Shown one piece after another: positions 10,425 through 20,721 of a stretch of 64,000 bases of DNA; the first letter of the stretch is position 1; every line of letters starts with the position of its first letter. Where the stretch lies: the NCBI GenBank assembly GCA_965223425.1, contig OZ245003.1, positions 2,336,001 through 2,400,000 of the forward strand. The letters run 5' to 3'. The stretch comes from Nitrosopumilus sp. GTDB lineage: Archaea; Thermoproteota; Nitrososphaeria; Nitrososphaerales; Nitrosopumilaceae. A program made the translations under genes and the position numbers. The notes beneath the pieces are model-generated. The model saw only the letters and a program-made list of their open reading frames with translations, had not been told where the DNA came from and ran no database searches.

Positions 10425-11759
10425 TTATGCCTTGGTCTCATTGCCCAGCAGGCCTTTGTACAGTGCTACGGCATCAGCCTCGTCTTTTGGCCCCACAACA
10501 ACTGCAGAGCCCCTTTTCATAAAACTGACAGAGAGATCATTTGTCCTCATGGACAATCCCAAGTCGCCTTGGTTCTCCACTGTAAAGCCTTTTTGTTTTG
10601 CAGCTGCAGTGATGCCCTCAACATCAAGATCAAGTGTCTGGGTCGGGGTAATGGAAAAGGTTCTCCTTCCGCGGTTTCGTCCGCACAGCTCCTCTAGAAT
10701 CAGCTCCTCTTTTTGTACGGCCTCTTCAGGTTTTCCTGTTCCGCAGACTGGACACTCGTCGGCTCTGAACGTTTTAGTACTGTTAAAGTCCAGACTTTCC
10801 AAATCAATATGCAAAATTCTTTCAGACAAGCTTGGTTTTTTTCCAGTGACAATCTTTACAGCTTCTGCAACTTCGATTCCTCCAACCAGTGAAAGTATCG
10901 GCGGATGAACCCCCTCAATGCTGCATGTCGGCATTGTGTCCCCGTCCAGTTCCGGAAACATGCAATAGTAGCACGCAGACTCTTTTGGCAGAACCGTGAA
11001 GGCCTGTCCTGAGACTCCGACTGCAGCTCCTGTTACAAAAGGAATTCCAAGATCCACACAAGCTTTGTTTAGCGCATACCTGGCATCAACGCTGTCAAGT
11101 GCGTCAATGACGACATCGCATCCGCTGACTACTTCTGGTGCAGTGTAGTCATTTACAGATACGGCCAACGCCTCGATTTTACAGTCAGGATTTAGTTTCT
11201 GTAATTTTTTTGCAGCCACTTCCACCTTTACCTGGCCGACATCATCCTCATCAAACATGGTTTGCCTGTGCAGGTTGGACAGCTCTATTACATCCCTGTC
11301 TACAATGCGTAATGTGCCGACACCCATTGCAGCTAACCGCGATGTGATCGGATTGCCAAGACCGCCGGTTCCCACAACACAGACCTTGGAGTTTTTCAGC
11401 TTTAGCTGTCCCTGATAGCCAATCTCTTCAAGCATCACTTGCCTGGAGAACCTGTCCAGCTCCTTTGGAGACAGCTCCCCAGAGCCGCCGGCCACTGCAG
11501 GCAGGATGTAGATCTCATCACCGTCCTTTAGGGCAGTCTGCATGCCGTCAGAAAACTTGGCATTTTTTCCGTTGATGTAAATGTTAATCAGCGAGCGCGG
11601 CTTGCCGTTGCCCTCCAGAACCCTGCGCCTGAAATCATCGCCCATTACCTCAGACATTATCACAAATGCGTCATGAAGGGAGTCAGCTGAGATGTCCGTT
11701 CTCTTTTCGCCGCCTCCCTGGTTTAGTACCGAGGGAACGGTAAATACAATGTCTGCCAT
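10425..11759 (-). CDS. ThiS/MoaD (ubiquitin-like) fused to ThiF/MoeB adenylyltransferase
   Basis: N-terminal beta-grasp domain ending ILPAVAGG, followed by an E1 domain with GTGGLG, SNLHRQ and CxxC motifs. Confidence 0.9.
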   Translation of the reverse strand: MADIVFTVPSVLNQGGGEKRTDISADSLHDAFVIMSEVMGDDFRRRVLEGNGKPRSLINIYINGKNAKFSDGMQTALKDGDEIYILPAVAGGSGELSPKELDRFSRQVMLEEIGYQGQLKLKNSKVCVVGTGGLGNPITSRLAAMGVGTLRIVDRDVIELSNLHRQTMFDEDDVGQVKVEVAAKKLQKLNPDCKIEALAVSVNDYTAPEVVSGCDVVIDALDSVDARYALNKACVDLGIPFVTGAAVGVSGQAFTVLPKESACYYCMFPELDGDTMPTCSIEGVHPPILSLVGGIEVAEAVKIVTGKKPSLSERILHIDLESLDFNSTKTFRADECPVCGTGKPEEAVQKEELILEELCGRNRGRRTFSITPTQTLDLDVEGITAAAKQKGFTVENQGDLGLSMRTNDLSVSFMKRGSAVVVGPKDEADAVALYKGLLGNETKA

Positions 11760-11760
11760 A

Positions 11761-12975
11761 CTATTGGACTACCGCCGATATTTCACTTACGTCTGCCTTC
11801 ATCACGTCGGGTTTGGGCAGAACCTCCATGACTGATTCGGTGGCCTTCAAACCGTTTCCGGTGACGTAGCACACTACAGAGTCATCCTTGTCAATCTTGC
11901 CTTGCTTGACCATCTTTTGCAGCACTGCAACAGAGACACCGCCGGCAGGTTCTGTAAATATTCCCTCAGTTCTTGCAAGCAGCAAAATTGCATCAAGGAT
12001 CTCCTTGTTGCTTGACTCTTCGGCAAACCCGTTGTATTGCTGCAAACGTTTTAGAACGTACCTCCCGTCACCGGGATCGCCAATGGCCAGACTCTTTGCC
12101 ACAGTGTCAGGATGCTCTACAGGGACTACGTCTTTGCTGTTTTTCTTAAACGCATCAACGATTGGCGCGCATCCGCGGGGCTGCGCTGCGATCATGCGCA
12201 TGCCAGAAACATCGCCAAGCAGTGAAACATGCTGCAGCTCCTCAAAGCCCTTGCAGACTGCATTAAGCATTGCCCCGCTCCCTACCGGAACTATCAGCTG
12301 ATCAGGCACTTGCCAGCCAAGCTGTTCTGCAACCTCGTAGGCCAGGGTTTTTGAGCCTTCCACATAATGGGAGCGCATGTTAATGTTTACAATTCCAATT
12401 CCCTTGCTGTCGCCGATTTGTGCGGCGACTCTGTTTGCATCATCATATGTCCCATCCACTGCAATGTAGTTTGCGCCATATGACAGCGCTTGTGTGATCT
12501 TTGCCATCTCAATGTTGCTTGGCGCAAACACATGACATGGAAATCCCCCCTTGGCAGCATGTGCTGCAGTGGCAGATGCCAGGTTTCCAGTAGACGCGCA
12601 TCCCACTGCAGACAGCCCAAACTCTTTTGCTTTTGATATTGCAACCCCCGCAGGCCTGTCCTTGAATGAAAAGGTCGGGTTTACAGAGTCATTTTTGATG
12701 TAGAGGTTTTTTAGTCCCAGTTTCTCCCCCAGATTATCGGCCCTGATCAGCGGAGTCATTCCAGCACCGATGCTAACAATGTTTGACTTGCTCTCTATTG
12801 GGAGCAGCTCAAAATATCGCCAATAGTTGTGCCCACGGCCAGAAAACGTATCCTTTGAGACCGGCGGAAAGTCATACCCCACGTCAAGCGGGCCAAAACA
12901 GTCATCGCAGACATACTTGAAGGCAGAATCATACTGCCTCTTGCATTCTCTGCACTGTAGGTATGTTCTAGCCAA
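11761..12975 (-). CDS. thrC: Threonine synthase
   Basis: NPTFSFKDR PLP lysine motif, ASTGN, N-terminal Zn ribbon. Confidence 0.9.
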   Translation of the reverse strand: MARTYLQCRECKRQYDSAFKYVCDDCFGPLDVGYDFPPVSKDTFSGRGHNYWRYFELLPIESKSNIVSIGAGMTPLIRADNLGEKLGLKNLYIKNDSVNPTFSFKDRPAGVAISKAKEFGLSAVGCASTGNLASATAAHAAKGGFPCHVFAPSNIEMAKITQALSYGANYIAVDGTYDDANRVAAQIGDSKGIGIVNINMRSHYVEGSKTLAYEVAEQLGWQVPDQLIVPVGSGAMLNAVCKGFEELQHVSLLGDVSGMRMIAAQPRGCAPIVDAFKKNSKDVVPVEHPDTVAKSLAIGDPGDGRYVLKRLQQYNGFAEESSNKEILDAILLLARTEGIFTEPAGGVSVAVLQKMVKQGKIDKDDSVVCYVTGNGLKATESVMEVLPKPDVMKADVSEISAVVQ

Positions 12976-13229
12976 GACTAGCTTCTCCTGTTAAATTGTA
13001 CATAAAAAATCCTAATATCAAGTTAAGTATTGCTTAATTTTAATGCTTAGAAAATTTAATAAAAAAAGCCGTCCGCAGGCGGGAAAAATCCATGCAAAAA
13101 AGGAAACTTTGAGAAAAATCCAAAAAAATCGAGTTTTAATGGATTTTTCATTGATTGGGAGGGTGTGGTACAACACTGACGAATCTCAAAAATTGTGCAA
13201 AAGTGCTAGTCTCCGTCGTACTTGCCTTT

Positions 13230-13400
13230 GAGCGTTTCTTTCAGGCATTCGTGAGGGGTATCAGAGTTCTATACCAAAGCCAATTATTGATGCTCTAGGG
13301 GAATCAAAATCTATCAAATTTACAACAAGTGGAAATTCAATTAAAATACTTTCTGGAGATAGTTCAAAAGCTGTTCAGAAATTTACCAAACATTCTTAAA
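13230..13400 (+). pseudogene. Degraded small thaumarchaeal protein (AbrB-like fold suspected)
   Basis: One frame reads GYQSSIPKPIIDALGESKSIKFTTSGNSIKI, resembling a small Nitrosopumilus family recalled from memory; no intact start. Confidence 0.35.
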
Positions 13401-13860
13401 TACTATTTTTGTCATCAAAAAAACATGACTGCAGCAGTGGATTCCCAGCAATCAAAAACTAGAGACATTAGCATCACCCTTGAAAAAATTCAAAACTTTG
13501 ATGCAAAAATAGCATTTGAGAATTGGAAAAAACTAGGCACCGATAAAAAATAAATTTTTACCTTTTTCTTATCTTCTTTTGTTTTTTTCTTGATGTTTTT
13601 TTAATTTTTGATTTTTTTGCATTAGTTTTTTTAGATAATGGTAAACAATATCGAATAAAATGTTTATCAGATTCTATCATCAAATACTTTGAAAGCCATT
13701 TTCTCATGATGCCCCATTCTTTTGGAAATGAATTTTCTTCTACAACATGCAAACCTATTTCTTTTGCTAGTGAATGTTGAATTACGAATCCATGTGTAGG
13801 TAATGAAAAGATCATTGAGTCAATAATTTTCTCTTTTTCATTTTCTTTGTATCCTGCTTT

Positions 13861-15540
13861 GTAACTATTCGGATTTGTGGAGTTGTGGGGGATTTATTTT
13901 GACAGACAAATCACGCCCCGTTATATAGTGACAGTTCAAAATCGGCAAAAACGCCGCTCAGCCCCATACATGTGTGCGCGATGTTGCGGCGTTTTAGGCA
14001 CAGACACACTTTACTGCCGCAGCTTTGTCCGGACAAGCCATGGGAATCCCGTCGGTTCTGCGGCCGTCAAGGCATTCCAGGATAAAACTGTACGGGTTTG
14101 CACCGCGCATCCTGCATGTGGCGTATATGCTTGCCAGCGTCTCTGTGATGTACATGCCCTTCTCGGATCTGCTGCCGTAGCTGACCTTGCGCATGGTGGC
14201 AAACATCCTCAGGGCCCTCTCGCTTTTGTTGTTGTGGTATTCCACGCCGTGCTCTAGAAACGTCAGCAGCTGATCCCCCTCCCTTTTGAGCCTTTTTGCG
14301 TACCTCCGGCAGTCCGCATCGTCGTATGACTGCCGTGCCAGCGCGTCTATCCTGTCCTGCAGCCTTTGTGTGACGTCTGCTGGAACCGCATTACTGTCGT
14401 ACTTTTCCCGTGCGTCTATGGCATCCTTGAGTATGCCGTGCAGTCTCTTGAAGAATGTGGCAAACTCGTTACTGCAGCTCTCCTCCAGGGTCTTGTACAT
14501 GTCCCTGAAATAGTGCAGCAGGCACTTTTGGTGTAGCAGGCCTACTCCACTCCATGCCAGATACGAGTCCGATATTACAATTCCGTCAAACTCACCTGCC
14601 AGTGCCTCTGCCACCTGCTTGCTGCGCGTCGATGATATGTGGTATATCACGCCGTGCGTGGAGACTAGAACCCATACCCAGTAATGCAGTCCGTTGAGAA
14701 ACCATCCGGTCTCGTCCCCGTATATGGCGCGAGCCCTGTGAATCATCCCTGCAAGCAGTCCGTCGTAGACGGGCCTCATCTGGCATGCCGCCTTTTCGCA
14801 CATGGAGACCAGCGTTGAACCCGGGATTTGTATCCCGTATATCATGTCAAATAGGTCAGTTATCCTTTCAAACGGTATGCCCATGCAACGCATCAGCACT
14901 ACCTGGGAGATTATCGTGATTCCATACTGAGAGCCGGACAGGGTGCCGGGTATGCGTGCGGAGTGTGACGTTTTACAGTTCCTGCAGTAGCGGCGCGCCA
15001 CGCTCCATCTGATGCGGCGCGCCCTGCCGTCCTGTATGTCTGTTATGTCACGGTCGTAATCGGTACTGCTGTCTGCAAGTCTGAGACCGCATCCGGGACA
15101 ATATGAAATGTCTGCGTCCCTGTGATCTGTGACTGGGATGTCAGTCTTCTGTTCCCTGCCGCGCATCCCGGTATTTTTGTCGCTTTTTGGCCGCGGATAT
15201 TCCTTGAATTTTCTCACATTGTAGCTTCTTGCCTTCCTGGCCGGCTTTTGGGTTGCGGATCCTGTCCTTAGCTGCCTGTTCTCTTCTTCCAGCTGCCTGA
15301 TTGTGTCATTTTGCTGCTTGATTGTATCATTTTGCTGCTTGACTTTTTCTTCCAACGACTTTCTCTCTCTTCTCTCCTGATCAAACACTGATTTGAAATG
15401 CTTAAAGAGATAGTTTGTGTCTTGGTTGTCCCAGTCTACGCGGGTAGGATCAAACTCCGCCGGCATCACATGTGTGTTCTAGCCGTGATCTTTATCTCTT
15501 TCGGCACCCCAAAATTCACTCCAGAAATCCGAATTGTTAC
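13861..15540 (-). mobile_element. Complete IS66-family element (1680 bp)
   Basis: TIRs GTAACTATTCGGATTT / GTAACAATTCGGATTT; 8-bp TSD CCTGCTTT at 13853-13860 and 15541-15548. Confidence 0.95.
13994..15469 (-). CDS. IS66-family transposase
   Basis: Coiled-coil N-terminus, CPGCG/CRNC Zn finger, GDETGW, QKCLLH and HNNKSERALR motifs. Confidence 0.95.
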   Translation of the reverse strand: MMPAEFDPTRVDWDNQDTNYLFKHFKSVFDQERRERKSLEEKVKQQNDTIKQQNDTIRQLEEENRQLRTGSATQKPARKARSYNVRKFKEYPRPKSDKNTGMRGREQKTDIPVTDHRDADISYCPGCGLRLADSSTDYDRDITDIQDGRARRIRWSVARRYCRNCKTSHSARIPGTLSGSQYGITIISQVVLMRCMGIPFERITDLFDMIYGIQIPGSTLVSMCEKAACQMRPVYDGLLAGMIHRARAIYGDETGWFLNGLHYWVWVLVSTHGVIYHISSTRSKQVAEALAGEFDGIVISDSYLAWSGVGLLHQKCLLHYFRDMYKTLEESCSNEFATFFKRLHGILKDAIDAREKYDSNAVPADVTQRLQDRIDALARQSYDDADCRRYAKRLKREGDQLLTFLEHGVEYHNNKSERALRMFATMRKVSYGSRSEKGMYITETLASIYATCRMRGANPYSFILECLDGRRTDGIPMACPDKAAAVKCVCA

Positions 15541-16249
15541 CCTGCTTTACCTAGAATAGTATCAGTATATGCTATTCCTTCCTCTTGTATTCCAGAAAAT
15601 TCTTCAAACATAACTGGATCTATTGATTCTGCCATATGTTGCATTGTATAGGGGGATTCTTTAACTGATTTTTTTGAAAAATAGTTATCCAGTCTTGCTT
15701 TAGCCCTAAAATAAGAATTCACTGAAATTATATGTCCATCTTCAAATGATACTTGTACATCTAATGGACTAAGTTGACTCATCATTCCCATGACTATACG
15801 ATTTCCAGTCATTGCGATCAATGTACCTCCACTAGCAGCAATATGAGGTACAAAAACAGTAATGTCATCAAATGCATCTCTTACAGCTTTAGCCGTTTTG
15901 AATGCAGATGCTAAACTACCTCCGGGAGAATTTACTAACAGGTATAGTTTTCTAGTAGGGAGTTTTTTTGTTCTTTTACAAACTTCTGTAATTGCTTGTT
16001 CAATACTAAATTCATCTACTACATTAATTGTTGAATATCCTCTGGTACTAGGAGAATATCTCCTTGGAACATATGACCCAATAAATGCTAATAATGTAAC
16101 ATTGTTATCTTTGGCAAATTTAATAATTTCATCATCTGCTTCTTCCTCCACTTCAATTAGACTGCCTAATTCCTTTGGAATAGGCTCATTTCGTCCATCC
16201 AACAAGTATAATTTCTGTGCCTAAAGAATACTTAAGCATTTCAAATTAG

Positions 16250-17412
16250 GGGAGGTGATCCACGGCATACTGCATAACAGCGCAAAGCTTGCAGGGATTA
16301 CCTCATATGACCTTGACCAGTTTGACTACATCTACAATGACTTTGTGGCAGAGTCAAAGAAGCACCACGGCGAGGGCGGCGGCGGCGGCGGCGGCGGCGC
16401 GCCGCTCTTTTCAGAGGACGGGACGCCGGATCCCGGAAACCGCTGCCTGCCTGGCCGCAGGTCCGTCCTGCTGCTTGCGCTGTTCCGCAAGAGGTCAAAC
16501 GTGACGCAGGACGCCCTGGGAGTGCTGTTTGATGCGGATCAGTCCACCGTGTGCAGGTACCTCCGGTTCGCAGATTCCGTGCTGGCAGGGATCCTGCCGA
16601 CTGCAGAGAAGATGACCCGTCTGGTAAAAAAGGCCGAGACATCAGAGCAGCTAGAGCAGCTAATGCCGGACAGAACCATCATAATTGACGGCACCGAGGT
16701 GCCAAGGCAGCGTCCGCAGGACAGGGATAAAAGAAAAAACACGTACTCTGGCAAAAAGAAGCGCTTTACGATTAACACCACCATAACAACAAACAGGGCA
16801 GGCCTGATACTTGCAGCAGGCAGGTCCTTTGAGGGCGGGACGCACGACCTTACCATGATAAGAGAGGATCCGACAGACTGGCAGGTGGTCTAAATCCATG
16901 TACAAAAGGGACACTCCGGAAAAGGACAGGATACGGGTACTTGCAGACAAGGGATACCAGGGATGCCAATCACTACACGGGAATGGCACTTGAGATGCCG
17001 GAAAAAAAGAGGCCGCGGACGGAGCTGACACAGCGGCAAAAGGACTCCAACAAAAGGATCAGCGCCAAGAGGGTAAAGGCGGGGCACGCCATCGGAAGAA
17101 TAAAGCAGTGGGCAGGGATGACAGACCCGTATGACGGCACGGTAGAGGAGTTTTGCGAGGAACTGGCTGTGTGTACCGGCCTTGCAAACTTTCAACTGCT
17201 GTGGGATGCAAAGAAAAAGCGGCCGTCACTTGGTTATTGACGGCACAGCACAGGGTGCATGATGCACCGCAAGAGTGCGCACGGATTTCTAATTTCTGCG
17301 AATTTACACGGCCTTTTGTGTCAAAATTAAATAATTTCCTGGACTGGCTTTGCGTGTCTTGGTGATGTATGCTGCAGAAAAAATTTGGCAGGTCAATTAC
17401 GCATAAAGTCTA
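16250..17412 (+). mobile_element. IS5-family (ISL2-like, DDE_Tnp_4) element, frameshifted, left end not found
   Basis: HTH (QSTVCRY), IIDGTE, YSGKKK and HD motifs; ORF broken at ~16890-16960; right end AATTACGCATAAAGTCTA at 17395-17412. Confidence 0.8.
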
Positions 17413-18591
17413 CTGTAAAGAAGTGATGTTTTCTATACCAAAAACGCTTGCTCAGGATATACTTTTGAGTTTGGCGCCGTGGAAATAATATCACTAGAAA
17501 AGGAACACATCATTGTCAAATCATAGCTCGATGTTTCCCGAAGAATTGTTGGCTTTGAGTAGGGTAAAATTCGAGCTACATCTTTCTTAAATATTTCAAA
17601 ATCAAAATCTAGATCATGAGTAAAATGAAAGCCATAAGTAAAGCAAATCTGTGGGAATTGTTTATAATTCCGTTGCTCTTGATAATCGTAGTGATAATTA
17701 TGAGTCAAATGGAAGAACATAAAACATTACAAGTGGTAATTGTCGCTCTTGTGATATTATATTTTTCATCAATAGGAGCTTATCCGATTAATGGTGAAAG
17801 ACACACGCCTGAAACACACCGTCGTTTTAACTTGCATAATTTTCCTAAAACACTACAAATGTTTTATGGTTGTACTACCAGTCCATGCGTGCATGAAATT
17901 GAAGCAAAATGGAATTCAAATCTCCGACTATGAACTTGATCTGCTTGCAATGTAGAGAAGAGAAAGCAAGAAAAAACCCGTAAATAATCTTAGAAGAGTA
18001 TTACTCAAATATTGGAACTTGCAAGAACCTAGACCGCATATTTATATCTCCAAAGACTAGTTATCAAACATGATATATTTATCAAAACCGATCATAAAGG
18101 CTTATGGTAGAAGGATAATTGGGTATCATATCCGGGAAGACGGTACTTATCAAGAAATCATTCAGCCATACCATAATAGAACTATCCGATAGATGTCGAT
18201 TCCGTTCCTGATGAACAGATACTTGATTTAACCAGAGCTTTCATGATCGGGAAATCCCATAAGATCCACATTTTCGACCACCAGTAGGTTCCATGCAGAT
18301 CACCCTTTAAGCACCAGTATATTAGAAGGCATTTACAGATGGTACAACGTGGACCGGTTCAGGTCACCATTTAAACGGCGGACTTGTCTGAATCGGGAGG
18401 AAGATCCATAAAGCATACTTTCAAACAACAACTAGGCTAGATCACCACAATTGAACAAAGTCAGATACGGAAAATATTTTGTATAACGTCTGTTAATTGA
18501 CTTGTCATGGGTTAGTTATTTATGATTGCTCAAATAAAATGATTAAGAAAACTGACTTGTAGGTCGTGATCAAAACTTGGCTTTTTTGAAA

Positions 18592-19854
18592 TTACCAGAA
18601 TCGCCACCATGGCTTTTGTACTGGTTTTTCAATAATGGTGCACACTCCATCAATTAGCTTGGTTCCGGTTCCGCAAAGTCCAAACTTTTTTTCAGGTTCT
18701 GCTTCTTTGGGTTCTGTCTTTTCAGCTTTGGGCTCTTGTTTTGTTGGTTCCTCCATTCCTACTGCCTGGTAAATTGAGTCATACTCTGGGTAGCTGCCAT
18801 CAAACCATTTCTTGTAGCCTGCCTCCCTGGCGTACCTGTCAACGTAGCTCTGCGGATCTCTTGTTTTGTCTACAAACGGCGCAGGAACCGCTAACGGTTC
18901 CTCCAAACCTACTGCCTGGTAAATTGAATCATACCCGGGATAGCTGCCATCAAACCATTTCTTGTAGCCTGCCTCCCTGGTGTACCTGTCAACGTAGCTC
19001 TGCGGATCTCTTGTTTTGTCTACAAACGGCGCAGGAATCTGCAGTTCTTTGGGTTCTGCAACTGGCGGCTCTGGTTCATGTTGTGCGGGTTCTTGCTGTG
19101 CGGGTTCCTGTTGCGGCTCTGGTTTGACATATGCCGGTTGTACAGTGATGACAACGTTCTCCCTATCTTCTTGAGCTCCTTTGGTTGCAATAACATCAAA
19201 ACTGTACAGCACATCTTGAATATTTCCTTGCGATTTTGCTACAGTCCAGACAAACTTTCCTGAATCTGGATCAATTGCGGCCCCTGCAGGTGCTGCACCA
19301 TTCAGACGAAATGCTGTACCCTCAATTGTGTTGTCCGTAAGACCGGCTGTAAATGAAACTGTTTTTCCCACTTTAACTGTCTTGTCTGAAATTGCTTTTA
19401 GCGCAAGTACAAAGTCGTCTAAAACCGATATTTTACCGTTGTCGTATTGTATTTTTATCGTTATTCCGTTATCCATTTTTTGTGTATTTGTAAATGCAGT
19501 TGCATTGTAAATTCCCTCTCCTACAAAGAAGCTTGAAACCGGTCTTGGAGTTACTGAAAACAGTCCTTTTTCCGGTGTAGGATCTGATAGCATCCCTTTG
19601 AAATTGCCTGAAGGGTTTTTGATAACTACATAAACTGCTTCTTTTCCATCTTGGGTTCCGATAAACGCCAAGGATTCATTATCTGTATAGAGGATCCTTC
19701 CAAGTTCCAGTGATGTGACATCTGCAAACGCCGGATTTGCTACAAGTATGAATAATGAAAACACTGCAAACAATCCAAACCCTGTGCGCACAGTAATGGT
19801 TTTGACTTCAAGTCTTTTTAAAAAACGCGTATAATTTCTTCTGTTTTCTTGCAA
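18592..19854 (-). CDS. Secreted Ig/cadherin-like protein with duplicated ~48-aa domain
   Basis: Signal peptide, GAAIDPDSGKFVWT Ig-like motif, two copies of PAPFVDKTRDPQSYVDRY..QAVG, and C-terminal CGTGT..GVC. Confidence 0.75.
   Translation of the reverse strand: MQENRRNYTRFLKRLEVKTITVRTGFGLFAVFSLFILVANPAFADVTSLELGRILYTDNESLAFIGTQDGKEAVYVVIKNPSGNFKGMLSDPTPEKGLFSVTPRPVSSFFVGEGIYNATAFTNTQKMDNGITIKIQYDNGKISVLDDFVLALKAISDKTVKVGKTVSFTAGLTDNTIEGTAFRLNGAAPAGAAIDPDSGKFVWTVAKSQGNIQDVLYSFDVIATKGAQEDRENVVITVQPAYVKPEPQQEPAQQEPAQHEPEPPVAEPKELQIPAPFVDKTRDPQSYVDRYTREAGYKKWFDGSYPGYDSIYQAVGLEEPLAVPAPFVDKTRDPQSYVDRYAREAGYKKWFDGSYPEYDSIYQAVGMEEPTKQEPKAEKTEPKEAEPEKKFGLCGTGTKLIDGVCTIIEKPVQKPWWRFW
18746..19037. 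repeat. Intragenic direct repeat, 2 x ~142 bp, 150-bp period
   Basis: 18746-18887 and 18896-19037 are near-identical. Confidence 0.9.
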
Positions 19855-19994
19855 AGAAATCTTTACAAATCAAGCAAAAATTTCATAAAAGCGCCTGTGA
19901 TGCATTGAAAGACAGCTCCAGATCAGGCCTCAATAATCTATAGGTTGACGGCTACAACAAGTGGAAGACCGTCATACAAAATGCCTCGTTGAAC

Positions 19995-20385
19995 GGGGTT
20001 GTCGCCAAATTCACATCAAGCTGCCACCACCTGAATATTTCGCCTTGCGGCGCACACTAGACGGTTTAACACCTCAAGGTTCCATCCTATCGCCTTGCAC
20101 AGTCCAAACCGCCTTCTTGTGGATGTCTTTCTGAACCTGCACAGCAACCGGTGGCCCTCTGTCTCCTCGGCTCCAAATATCCCCTTTATCATGCCCCACG
20201 TTTTTTGTAGACATCTGCATCAAACATTCCTGCGGCCCTTTTACGAAATGGCTTTGAGCTGCTTATGGTTTGTTTCTCTGCTTTATGTTTGGAGTCATAC
20301 CGGCATCAAAACAAGCCTAAAGTTCTCATCAGAGTCATATCCCTTGTCTGCGTTGATGCTGCCAGAAAATGCAATGCCTGATGGA
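19995..20385 (-). mobile_element. IS5-family remnant (3' end)
   Basis: TIR GGGGTTGTCGCCAAATT at 19995; minus strand encodes a NADKGYDSDEN motif with frameshifts. Confidence 0.75.
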
Positions 20386-20468
20386 TTTATGTCAAAATAT
20401 CATCGTGTGAAATATAATCCAGAATTCTACGATGTCAAAGAAGTTACAAATATTATTTTGAAGCACAG

Positions 20469-20490
20469 TAGACTTTATGCATAATTGAAT
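20469..20490 (+). mobile_element. Isolated TIR of the ISL2-like family
   Basis: TAGACTTTATGCATAATTGA matches the reverse complement of the end at 17393-17412 with 1 mismatch. Confidence 0.7.
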
Positions 20491-20529
20491 CATAAAAATT
20501 TTTCCGAAAGATTTAGATCCATTTTGATC

Positions 20530-20690
20530 GCCGCAACAGGTAATGGAGTCTCCAGAACAGATGATACGCAGGTTGCAAAGGGAGCTCAAGCAAAAGGACA
20601 CAGCAATCAAGCAGAACAACAGAGCAATCAAGCAAAAGGACAATTGAGCTTTTTCTCGTAGCTGTGGGTCAAGATTACAAAAGCGCAATT
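20530..20690 (+). pseudogene. Probable IS66 transposase N-terminal fragment
   Basis: MESPEQMIRRLQRELKQKDTAIKQNNRAIKQKDN resembles the KQQNDTI coiled coil of the IS66 transposase at 13994-15469. Confidence 0.45.
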
Positions 20691-20721
20691 TCGGAAAAAA
20701 GAATGGAAATTTCTTTTGTGA

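Larger units (their letters stand above)
13558..16205 (-). pseudogene. SDH/ClpP-fold (S49-like) serine protease split by IS66
   Basis: The 5' part (15541-16205) has NSPGG and AASGGT motifs. The frame resumes left of the IS (..ILGKAG|YKENEKEKIIDSMIFSLPTHGFVI..AKEIGL) across the 8-bp duplication. Confidence 0.85.

Noticed and set aside
13154-13284. Possible structured ncRNA or riboswitch upstream of thrC (several pairable segments, e.g. AAGTGC/GTACTT and TGCCT/AGGCA)
   Set aside because: The stems are short, match no family I recognise, and overlap what reads as a decayed small protein gene. An Rfam or covariation test would be needed.
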